A stretch of DNA of 64,000 bases, taken from the NCBI RefSeq assembly GCF_006345805.1, contig NC_043003.1:11904001-11968000 (forward strand), read 5' to 3'. Made by a program: the position numbers and the translations under genes. Positions 52,801-63,161 of this stretch are shown piece after piece. The notes beneath the pieces were generated by a model. It searched no databases. It was given only the letters and a program-made list of their open reading frames with translations, and had not been told where the DNA came from. The stretch is from Octopus sinensis (lineage: Eukaryota). The first letter of the stretch is position 1. Every line of letters begins with the position of its first letter.

Positions 52801-52986
52801 TAGATAGACATTAAAGATATGTGTTTGTGTATATTGTTGATGTCATAACAATTTATAAATTTTTGAGAGAATGAGAAATAATTCTTTTTTGGAATTGCAT
52901 CTCGAAGTACAGAAATGCTATAAAAAGAAAACATGTAAATACAACACTTTTGAGTCGAAAAAAGTTAAAGGGCAAAAGGTGTTAAA

Positions 52987-53239
52987 GACATTAAAACAAG
53001 TTCAGAGCACTTCCTACAGTATCTGGTACTGAAGAGTGCAAAATAGCTCAAAATGACCCTATCTGTCCATGCCTTTGACATGCTATTATTTATAGCATTT
53101 ATATGCTTCAATTGACATTAAAACAAGTTCAGAGCACTTCCTACAGTATCTGGTATTGAAGAGTGCAAAATAGTTCAAAATGACTCTATCAGTCCATGCC
53201 TTTGACATGCTATTATTTATAGCATTTATATGCTTCAAT
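52987..53239 (+). repeat. 127-bp tandem duplication carrying a decayed hammerhead-like motif
   Basis: GACATTAAAACAAGTTCAGAGC...TGCTTCAAT twice; CTGAAGA-GTGC-AAAATA-GCTC-AAAA in the first copy. Confidence 0.8.
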
Positions 53240-53381
53240 ATATATGAATGATATTTGGTGCCTTATATTGTTATAAGGAGACTTATATTGATATAAAGGC
53301 AGCTCCATTTATGTTGTTTGTTGTTTCACTTTATAATTCATTATGTGTTCTGTCTATTTCCAGTGTTAAACTACTAAGAAC

Positions 53382-53514
53382 ATGATGCAGCTGTTTACGC
53401 AGCAAATCCTCAACGAAACGCCACGCAGCAATATCACATCATTAAGCTGTCCCATTCAATCATCACCAAACACATCATTAAGCTGTCCAACACCTGTTAT
53501 GCCAGCTAACTTGG
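53382..53514 (+). CDS. ETV6: ETV6/TEL/Yan-like ETS transcription factor, first coding exon (MMQLFTQQILNETPRSNITSLSCPIQSSPNTSLSCPTPVMPANL)
   Basis: Acceptor tttccag at 53357-53363, in-frame TAA just upstream of ATG 53382, donor G|gtatgt at 53515; 133 nt, phase 1. MPANL aligns with LPAHL preceding the PNT domain of vertebrate ETV6 and splices in frame into the next exon. Confidence 0.8.
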
Positions 53515-55184
53515 GTATGTACACAGTTATTTGCTCTTGTTTTTAATATCATCACCATCATCATCATCATCATCGTCATAATCATCATTGCCATCATCAT
53601 CATTTAATGCCCATGTCCTTTCCATGCTTGGAAAGGACAGAATTTGTTGAGGTAGATTTTTTTACGCAGCTGGATGCCTTCCCTGTCACAAACCCTCAGC
53701 TGATTCCAAGCCATGTAATATTTCTCCAAAGCCAGACAGATGTGTTTTTTCACAGAAATCTGGAAATGAACATCATTTGCATTATAACGATGCTCATTTA
53801 TTATCATCATGTGATGTCAAAATAAGGTTACACACACACACACACACATGTATAGGGCCTCTTTCAGTTTTCTCCTACCAAATCCACTCACAAGGAAGAT
53901 TCTTCCCCAAGATGCTGCACAGTGGAACTGAAGCTGAGACCATATTGTGAGGAAGCAAGCTTCTCAACCTCACAATCATGTCTGCATCTATATACATATA
54001 TATATATATAGCAATAATAAATCTCTGAACGAGGTATAAACAGTAGCTGCACAACAACGTGAAGTATATTTACCACCTAAATGTGACTAGCCCTTAAGAG
54101 TTGATGCTACTGTAGCTTGTAGCCCCAGGAGAACATCTTCTCCAGCTGGCTATTGACACACTTTCTGTGCCCTATATATATATATATATATATACACATT
54201 CACATATATATATACACACATATATATATATAATCAAACCATCTCAAGTGTAACTGTCCGAAATGGTCATGACTTCTGGTACTTGACTGAAGAAAGAAAA
54301 CCAAGAATGACCCATCTTTTTTGCCTGTCCTTCTAATTGTTGTTCCTCTTATCCGCCTTTGTGTCGTCTATCTGTCGGAACATTTTACTGCCCTCTATTG
54401 TGTTTTTGTTCCATTTATATTTTGATGTTCTCATTTGTAAAATGAATAAATAATCTAACATTATAATATCCGAAAGTTGATGAACAAACTAAATTTGTTT
54501 CTCCATTTCCTTATTTGTATTATAAATTTACGGTAAAAATATTTCTTTATCTTCACCTGTTTAATACAATAAATGACTTAATTGCATTACAATTAAAAAC
54601 ATTTGTGTATTAAGAATTTGGGTACTTTACCAACAGTTTGGATAAATGATATTCAATAGTGGGGTACACCCATAACCCCTAACTTAATTTGTACTATATA
54701 TATATACACAAACATACACACAAGTGAGTAGACAAATGAAAGAAAGTGGCACGGAACACATTTGGCAGGAGTTACAATTCTTTTACTCTTCTCTTGATCA
54801 GTCAAACTGTTATTAAAATACATGAATATAAATATTGAAAGCCAAATATTCTATGGAATGGAATATTTTCCATACATGCTCGTGCTACATGGACAAACAC
54901 CCAGTACACTCTGTGAAGTGGTTAGCATTAGGAAGGGCATCCAGCCCTAGAAACCATGCCAAAACAGACATTTGAATCCTGCTGCAACTTCCGGCCTTAC
55001 CAGCTCCTGGTAAGCCATCCATCCATGCCAACAGGGAAAACAGACTTATATGATGGTGATGATGTATAATTGGAAAATACAGCCACTCGTCCACTGATGA
55101 ATTAGAATGTTTTCCAGCTCCTTAATTAGTTAAACTACTACTCCTTACTGTTATTTATTTGTTTTCTTGTTTCCTCTCTTATAG

Positions 55185-55292
55185 CTAAATCACCACATCT
55201 CTGGACGAAAGATGAGGTAGGGGCTTGGTTAGCATGGTGTTCTGAGGAATATTCCATAGATTCTGTGAATCCAGAACGTTTCAGCATGAATG
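55185..55292 (+). CDS. ETV6: ETV6/Yan-like exon 2, SAM-Pointed domain N-half (AKSPHLWTKDEVGAWLAWCSEEYSIDSVNPERFSMNG)
   Basis: Polypyrimidine tract + tag acceptor, donor G|gtaaga; 108 nt, phase 1-1. Matches PNT pattern P-x-x-W-S/T-x-x-x-V-x-x-W-L-x-W...E-F/Y-x-L/I...F-x-M-N-G. Confidence 0.93.
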
Positions 55293-55501
55293 GTAAGATT
55301 TCACCTTTTTTGTAAATATTCATGAAAGCGTGTGTGAGTGATTGAGTGAGTCCAGTGGACAATTTGCTAACAGAGACAACAACAACAATGTCACTGCTTG
55401 TAACTCAGTTATTTTCAGAGACCGACATTCATACGGACTTACACAAACATACACATACATGCATGCATGCACACACACTCAACAGAATTATTTCAGTTTC
55501 T

Positions 55502-55915
55502 TATTTCTTTATTGCCCACAAGGGGCTAAACATAGAGGGGACAAACAAGGACAGACAAAAGGAATTAAGTCGATTACATCGACCCCAGTGCATAACTGGT
55601 ACTTAATTTATCGACCTCGAAAGGATGAAAGGCAAAGTCGATCTCGGCGGAATTTAAACTCAGAACGTAGTGGCAGACGAAATATCTATTTCTTTACTAT
55701 CCACAGGGGGCTAAACATAGAGGGGACAAACAAGGACAGACAAAGGGATTAAGTCGATTACATCGACCCCAGTGCATAACTGGTACTTAATTTATTGACC
55801 CTGAAAGGATGAAAGGCAAAGTCGACCTCGGCGAAATTTGAACTCAGAACGTAATGGCAGAGAAAATACTTAATATTTTGCCCGTCGTGCTAACATTGCT
55901 GCCAGCTCGCTGCCT
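55502..55915 (-). mobile_element. SINE family A dimer in intron 2, CpG-decayed
   Basis: Junction aaagaaata|gatatttcgtc at ~55687; imperfect TSD AGAAA(C/T)TGAAA. Confidence 0.9.
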
Positions 55916-56631
55916 TAATTGTTTCAATTTCTGTCCCCTAAATCCTCTTACAAAGTTTTGGTCGACCTGCTCGTATGCTAGAAAATATTTTCTCAAGTTG
56001 CTTTGAAGTGGGATTGAACCTGACACCATGTGATTGAATTGTTAGAATTTCTTAACAACACAGCCTCATAGCAATGGTACATTCTTGATGAACCAAAATG
56101 CATGGTAGATTCACTGAAAACAAAGTTCCAGCCACAATTGTTTGATTTTTCACTTTGTGAAAGCATACGGAGATCTATAAACCCTAAATTCAATTTACCC
56201 CCTTTTTTTTTCCTGACTACAACAGACATAGGCCTCCTACCACCACCACCGTAAAGGCAGTACCACAATGTGGATACAACAGTGTAAAGGGGTGTGGGGT
56301 GTCTGAAAAGACTAAAAGTGTAATGAGAGACACTTTGATTAGACATGACAGGCACATGTTCAGATTGGGTAGCCTCTGCATCAATCATCCCTAACCACTC
56401 TTGTCAGGAAGGGCCTGGAAATGTCAGGAATATTGTCCCTAATTCTCTAACTTCTATAAAAAGAAAATGAATAAAAAAAGTCACTGATATTTAATGGCCT
56501 GACACTATGTTTTGTCAGACAAAATTAGTCGTATATTAAACGTGTGTACATGTCTATACACACACACACACATATGTATATGTTTGTATTTATTTGGGTT
56601 CTTGTAGTATATGGTTATATGTGTGTATATC

Positions 56632-57003
56632 TTTCATCTTTGACTTGCTTTCAGTCTTTCACTGTGGCCATGCTGGGGCATTGCCTTGACAAGTTTACCA
56701 GAAAGAATTGTAAATGTAGTACTTATTCTCTCAGTCTCGTTTGCTGAACTGCTAGGTTACAGGGATGTAAACATACTAATATTGGTTGTCAAGCAATGGT
56801 GGGGAGACAAACACAGACACAAATACATAGATACATACATACTTATATATATATATATATATACAATGGGCTTCTTTCAGTTTCCCTCTACTAAATCCAT
56901 TCACAAGGCTTTGCTTAACCCAAGGCTATAGTAAAAGACACTCACCCAAGGTGCCACACCATGGGACTGAACCTGGAACCACATGGTTAAGAGGCAAGCT
57001 TCT
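56632..57003 (-). mobile_element. SINE family B, diverged
   Basis: Colinear reverse match. Confidence 0.8.
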
Positions 57004-57284
57004 TATTTCTTTATGGCCTACAAGGGGCTAAACATAGAGTAGAGAAATGTCTTGTTTTCATAAGTTTTGAATTAAAATCTTCCACCAAACTTTAGTTATT
57101 TTACTAAATCCTTTGTTAGATTTAAAGTAATTGAAACAAACACAGAATATCTCAAAATAAATACCGTAACAAAAGGGTTAAGCATATTTATGCGTGTATG
57201 TATGTCAAGCGTTATTTTTTCTTCTTTGGGTTTCCTTTCATTAACCTCGCTATTTAATGATTTGTCTTTCAATATTATTTTCAG

Positions 57285-57392
57285 GTCGTGCTGTGTGCCT
57301 CCTAAACAGAGATGATTTCATGCAAAGAGCTCCAGAAGTTGGTGATCTCCTCTATAACACATTACAGATCCTTATCAAACAGTCAAGTAAAA
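57285..57392 (+). CDS. ETV6: ETV6/Yan-like exon 3, SAM-Pointed domain C-half (GRAVCLLNRDDFMQRAPEVGDLLYNTLQILIKQSSK)
   Basis: ttttcag acceptor, A|gtaagt donor; 108 nt, phase 1-1. Aligns with ETV6 [33 protein letters not shown] and Yan GKALCLLTRADFGHRCPGAGDVLHNVLQMLI. Confidence 0.95.
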
Positions 57393-57670
57393 GTAAGTAT
57401 TGATCAGAAATTCATATGCGGGAAAAATGAACAGAAAAGTGGGGACACACACATACATATACTTCTTATGATAGCATGAAATTGTAACATTACCATTAAC
57501 TTCTTAGGCATGATTAGCACATGTGAAACTGGTTGACTATGTAAATATTTTATTTCATAAGTGTGTGTGTGTGTATATATATATACTTTCCAATTTTACT
57601 TTGTTTTATATATATACATACTTATGAAATAATATACATACATATACATACATATCTATCTATCTATCTA

Positions 57671-57712
<42 letters not shown>

Positions 57713-57913
57713 ACAATTAAGGATAACTTCTTAATAAGGAATCTTAACAAGAAATTATCAGGTAGATAGCGTGAAAAACCTCATAAAAGAAAAATTTCGA
57801 AAATAATTCTTTCTTATTGAACATATTAATTTATATATAGAGGGCATTATTACACATACATGCCACACGGCTTTGACGGTACGGGGTCGTTTATTTATGA
57901 TATGTTCAGAATC

Positions 57914-57975
57914 AGTCTTGCTGATGAGTACGGTCGCAACTGCGGTAAGTACAAAATCACAGGTGATACAAGACT
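57914..57975 (+). ncRNA. Type I hammerhead motif with G12A change, inside a (TA)n-embedded element (~57710-58107) in intron 3
   Basis: AGTCTTG-CTGATGA-GTAC...GTAC-AAAA-TCAC-AG-GTGA-TA-CAAGACT: 7-bp stem I, 4-bp stem II base, 5-bp stem III; 41-bp inverted repeats at 57829-57869 and 58067-58107. Confidence 0.8.
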
Positions 57976-58096
57976 AAATTCATTTTTTAAATGTCTTGCT
58001 TTGAAAAAATTGCATTGGGTATGATTAGTAAAATTTTTTGGTAGAAATGACAAATGTCCCTCTTAGCGTGTGGCATGTATGTGTAATAATGCCCTC

Positions 58097-58137
<41 letters not shown>

Positions 58138-58257
58138 AAGTAAAATTGGAAGGTACCGCACAAGTATCATCCAACATAAAACTTCTGTGCATTTCGCTTC
58201 TTTTTATATTTTTTGCTATAACTTAAGATGTGGAGGAATTTTTTAAAACCTTTTCAC

Positions 58258-58288
<31 letters not shown>

Positions 58289-58297
58289 TATATATGA

Positions 58298-58585
58298 TGA
58301 TAAAAATAATTTGAGGGAATATTATTCCTAACTTACAGGGAAAAATTCAATTTAGAAATACTAAATCAAATTTCACAAAATATAATATATATATAAAAAT
58401 TAGAAAAAACCACCTTTTATCAATTCAAAATGAATTAAATTACACCATCTAGAAAATTACATATAATAGAAATATTAAATATTAAATAATTTTATATTTA
58501 ATATTTCTATTATATGTAATTTTCTAGATGGTGTAATTTAATTGTTCATTTTGAATTGATAAAAGGTGTTTTTTTTCTAATTTAC
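58298..58585. mobile_element. AT-rich hairpin element related to 44021-44370, opposite orientation, in (TA)n
   Basis: Arms ~58397-58483 and ~58495-58583; shared extension AACTTACAGGGAAAAATTCAATTTAG. Confidence 0.8.
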
Positions 58586-58719
58586 ATATATATATATATA
58601 TATATATATACATACATATATCAATCAAATGCACTTCTCTATGTGTGTGTGTGTGTGTATGTAAACTTAATGAAAATAAATCTTGTTTGACTTATAATTG
58701 TATTTCTTCATCTTTGCAG

Positions 58720-58893
58720 ATTTTATTCCATCCATCCCACAAGTTCATCCGTCACTCATCATTATGCCAAGCAGTCCAACACTTCAAAATGCACCAAATC
58801 ACCATTTCAATGTACCTATTTTATCTCCTATTCAATCAGCACCTTCATTGTCAGTCCCAGAATGCTACTCGCAAAACATTCCAAACCTCAGAA
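58720..58893 (+). CDS. ETV6: ETV6/Yan-like exon 4, Pro/Ser-rich linker (NFIPSIPQVHPSLIIMPSSPTLQNAPNHHFNVPILSPIQSAPSLSVPECYSQNIPNLR)
   Basis: ctttgcag acceptor, A|gtaaga donor; 174 nt, phase 1-1, open in the frame set by exon 3; non-repetitive; same frame as supplied ORF 58698..58979. Confidence 0.85.
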
Positions 58894-59903
58894 GTAAGAT
58901 CCAGTTTATTTTCCGTTCTATCAAAAAAGTTGTATTATTTGCATCACTATTTGGTACTGATGGGGTTGTGTGGTTTTAAAAGTTTACTTCCCAATCTCAT
59001 AGCTTCAGGTTCAATTCCACTGTCTTCTACTTTAACCCCTGAGTCAAGAAAAGCCTTGTGAATGGATTTGGGAGATAGAAACTAAAAGAAGCCCATTTTG
59101 TGTGTGTGTGTGTGTGTGAACATATAAGCAGGTTCCACACAGTTCCTGTCTAACAAATTCACTCTCAATGCCTCAGTTGGCCTCAGGCTATAATAGAAAA
59201 TACTAGCACGATGTGCTGCTAAGTAGGATTGAACCCAAAAATGCGTGGTTGCAAAGTGAGCTTTCTTAACCACACAGCTATGCCTGTGCTTATCTATTTG
59301 AGTAGTTTGTATAAGGAGCTGAGCAAAAGGGTATAAAATTTGAATTTATCTCAAGCGTGACTCGAATAAACAATACCGAGGAACATAAATAACAGCAAAG
59401 TATTGATATTCATCATCCTTGTTCACCTTCAGGGCTATTTATTTCACCTGGTTTTGAGGTATATAGTGTTTTCGTTAACACTCTACATCTTAACAGGATT
59501 TTTTGTCCATGAAATGCTGCTGCTTGAATGCATTTAAACAGAACACATTTAAAAAAGCTGCATTTAACTCAAAACTTATTTTTGTATATACATATATGTA
59601 TGTATATGTATGTGAAGGCACATGGCCTAATGGTCAGGGTCTTGTTCTCACAACTGCTAGACCATGGGTTCAATTCCCAGACTAAGCAGCATGTTGTGTT
59701 CTTAAGCAAAACACTTTATTTCATGTTGCTCCACTGTAAATGGGTGACCATACAATCAACTAGTCTTCTGATCAGGGAAATGTCGGCCTGCTTTTCTAGC
59801 CAGTAGGGTGGCATCACTCAAAGCTAGAATGATGCAAAGCGCATTGTGACCAGTGATGTATAACAACATCCAATAGTCTGGTTGATCATGTGATCAGATC
59901 ATA

Positions 59904-59947
<44 letters not shown>

Positions 59948-60237
59948 TTCAGCAAAAATTTAGATTCAAATGAATATGGTACTTAATTTAGATGCACCAG
60001 AATTTTGAATGGTGTTATCCATAAAAATCCTTGGGGTGATTATAATCAAAATGAGCAACAAGAATGACTCTGGTAATTTGGTACGATCATTTCGTACTAC
60101 ATCATTTTATTAAATGTTGTATATATATATATATATACATATGGATGATGAGTAAAAAAAATGATGATGACAATGATGATTAGACAAATTATGATTAAAT
60201 GATATTTAATTTGACTTTTACTTTCTCTTTACCTCAG

Positions 60238-60312
60238 ATGTTTCCAGTCCACCCAGCTGTACAGATGGCGAAAGTGTACCATCAGAATCCAGTTCTGTTA
60301 CAGACAACGAAG
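60238..60312 (+). CDS. ETV6: ETV6/Yan-like exon 5, acidic Ser-rich linker (NVSSPPSCTDGESVPSESSSVTDNE)
   Basis: Strong polypyrimidine tract + ctcag acceptor, G|gtaggt donor; 75 nt, phase 1-1, open frame. Confidence 0.8.
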
Positions 60313-60441
60313 GTAGGTTCTTGCATTTCTAAATTACTGTTGATGGAAGGGAGCACCGCAAAATGGTGATGCCCTGTTGTCAAGTATGTTGTGCAGTTTC
60401 AATTTCTGGTTAAACAGTTCTACTTCTACGGTTCTATGTTT

Positions 60442-60801
60442 AAGAGATGAGGAATTATGTACATTATTTACATTTAGCGGATATTTATCTTCATCTTGTT
60501 TGTTATTAACACAATGTTTCAGCTGATATACCTTCCAGCCTTCATCAGGTGTCTTGGGGACATATGGCGTAGTGGTTAAGAGCGTGAGCTACTAACGCCA
60601 AAGTTCTGAGTTAGATTCCAAGCAGTGATCTGAACAATAACAATAATAATAATAATAATAATAACATTGAAAAATACCTTAGGAATGAGAACCCAGGTTC
60701 GAAATTTCCCCAAGACACCTGAAGAAGGCTGGAGGGTATATCAGCCGAAACGTTGTGTTAACAACAAACAAGATGAGGACAAATATCCGTCAAATGTAAA
60801 T
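60442..60801 (+). mobile_element. tRNA-headed element with hammerhead-bearing 3' region and an inverted copy of that region at its 5' side (intron 5)
   Basis: Arms 60466-60558 and 60709-60801; A box TGGCGTAGTGG at 60565-60575, B-box-like GAGTTAGATTCC at 60608-60619; GACAC-CTGAAGA-A-GGCTGG-AGGGTATA-TCAGCC-GAAAC-GTT-GTGTT at 60714-60759. Confidence 0.8.
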
Positions 60802-62240
60802 TCCACTTCTCTTCATTATCAACATCATCTTCATCATTTAATGACCATTGTCTATGCTGGTATGAGTCAGATGCTTTGACCAGGGCTGGTAAACTGAGGG
60901 GCTGCACCAGACTCCAGTGTCATTTGGCATGGTTTCTATGGCTGGATATCCTTCCTAATGCCAACGACTCCAAGAGTGTAATGGGTGCTTTTACATGCCA
61001 CTGGCATGAGGGCCAGTCAGGCAGTACTGGGAACAGCCACACTCAAATGGTGCTTTTTACGTGCCACCTGCACAGGAGCCTTCATAATATCCTTCCTAAT
61101 GCCAACCACTCCAAGAATGTAATGGGTTCTTTTATGTGTCACCAGCATGGGTGCCATTTGCATGGCACCAGTTTCTGCCATAGCTATGATTTCACTTGGC
61201 TTGATGGGTTTTCTTTTCAAGCACAGCATATTGCACAAAGGTTTCAGTCATTTGTCATTGCTTCCACAAGGCCCAATGCTTGAAAGATGCTTTTTTGCAT
61301 GGGGGCCAGTTACATGTCGCCAGCATCAGCCACTACTACAATTTCACATGGCTTAACAGATCTTCTCCTTTGTAATTGATTCCCAAGTAGAGAGGGATGG
61401 TTCTACTCAGGCAATCTTGATTTTTCAAATGACAAACTGATGAAACTGTTAATGGTGACCTCATGAGCTCTTTAAACATACAGGATATGTTTTTCAGTAA
61501 CTGTTATCTCAGTCTGTTTGGCTGATAACAGACACCACTCCTATACTCCTTAGTAGAGTGTCTGCAGTAATTATCATTATCAATATTGGCACTATACATG
61601 CATATGCGCGCGTGTGTGTGTGTGTGTGTGACTTTCTCTTGACATCATGTGATTGTTGTAAATGAGTGTCACTGTCATACAAGCAGTGTCATTCCTTTCC
61701 AACATTCTGTGAAATTATGTCTGGCCATAGGGTTAGTGATAGGAAGGGCACCCAGCTGTAGGAAATCTGTCTCAATAAAATCCGTCTAACCCAGGCAAGC
61801 ATGGCAAAATGGACATTTAGATGATAATGATGATGGTGGTGGTGGTGGTGGTGATTGTCAGTATTTGAACTCTGAGAGGTGTTTTAAATGCTGTAAAAAC
61901 ACCCTCTGTAGAATTGGCAACCTCTAGGATATCAAAACCTATGAGAAATAATGTTTCTATTTTTTGTATTAAAACTCATTTTTTGTAAGGCATGCTTATT
62001 TGATGGACTTGTTTTCTAAAGAAAAAGTTACAAGATATCTCCCCCAGATCCTTTATGTGAAGTTGAGCTTCCCAAAAGCTTTAATTCACTAAAAACATTT
62101 TTTCTTGAATATGAACTGCTGAAATTAGGGTGCATCTTATATGCTAATATGTCCATGTGTCTTTTATGCCATCAAATAATTATTAAATATAATCTATTAG
62201 ATTATATTTAATAATTATTTCTACTCTAGGAACAAGGCCT

Positions 62241-62480
62241 CTGAGATCCACTTTGCCCCTGAGATCCACTTTGCCCCTGAGATCTTCTTTGCCCCTGAGA
62301 TCCACTTTGCCTCTGAGATCCCCTTTGCCCCTGAGATCCACTTTGCCCCTGAGATCCACTTTGCCTCTGAGATCCCCTTTGCCCCTGAGATCCACTTTGC
62401 CTCTGCGATCCACTTTGCCTCTGCAATCCCCTTTGCCTCTGAGATCCACTTTGTCTCTGAGATCCACTTTGCCTTTCATC
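62241..62480 (+). repeat. 18-bp minisatellite, 13 units of CTGAGATCCACTTTGCC(C/T)
   Basis: Units counted directly from 62241 to 62474, followed by TTCATC. Confidence 0.95.
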
Positions 62481-62512
62481 TATTTATCTTCATCACTATC
62501 GTCATCATCAGT

Positions 62513-63075
62513 GAAGGCACATGACTCAGTGGTTTGGGAATTTAGCTTGCAATCGTATAGTCATGAGTTCAATTCCCAGTGATGTTTGTATCTACGACCA
62601 AGTCACTTTATTTCACATTGCCCCAGTCTACTCAGCTGGCAAAAATGAGTAGTACCTGTAATTCAAAAGGGCCAACCTTATCACGTTCAGTGTCACGCTG
62701 AATCTCCCTGAAAATTATGTTAAGGGTACATATGTCTGTTAAGGCGGCGAGCTGGCAGAAACGTTAGCCCACCGAGTGAAATGCGTAGCGGTATTTCGTC
62801 TATCATTACGTTGTGAGTTCACATTCTGCCGAGGTCAACTTTGCCTTTCATCCTTTCGGGGTCGATTAAATAAGTACCAGTTACGCACTGGGGTCGATAT
62901 AATTGACTTAATCCGTTTGTCTGTCCTTGTTTGTCCTCTCTGTGTTTAGCCCCTTGTGGGTAGTAAAGAAATAGGTACATATGTCTGTGGAGTGCTCAGC
63001 CACTTGCACATTAATTTTACAACCATGTTATTCTTCTGTTGATTGGATCAACCAAAACCCTCATCGTCGTAACCA
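62513..63075 (+). mobile_element. SINE family C-related copy interrupted by a family A SINE (62743-62973)
   Basis: TSD GGTACATATGTCTGT at 62725-62739 and 62974-62988; host sequence resumes after it. Confidence 0.88.
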
Positions 63076-63161
63076 GAACCATCATCGTCCAAACTTACCC
63101 TTTTTTATGTCACATGTTTTACCTGTTCCTGCTCAATGTTGTTTATTTTCCAATATTACAG

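Noticed and set aside
54233-54695. (TA)n-embedded insert containing CTGAAGA and CCGAAA words
   Set aside because: Words are in the wrong order or unpaired for a hammerhead; element left unclassified.
1255-55752. Recurrent short ORFs with YRPRKDERQSRPRRNLNSER or EAIVEDTCPRCHAVGLNPEPCGW
   Set aside because: Antisense read-through of SINE families A and B, not a gene family.
62183-62582. Hexapeptide-repeat ORFs (GKVDLR)n and a possible CRISPR-like array
   Set aside because: Head-to-tail 18-bp tandem repeat with no spacers, derived from SINE sequence in a eukaryotic intron; no cas genes.
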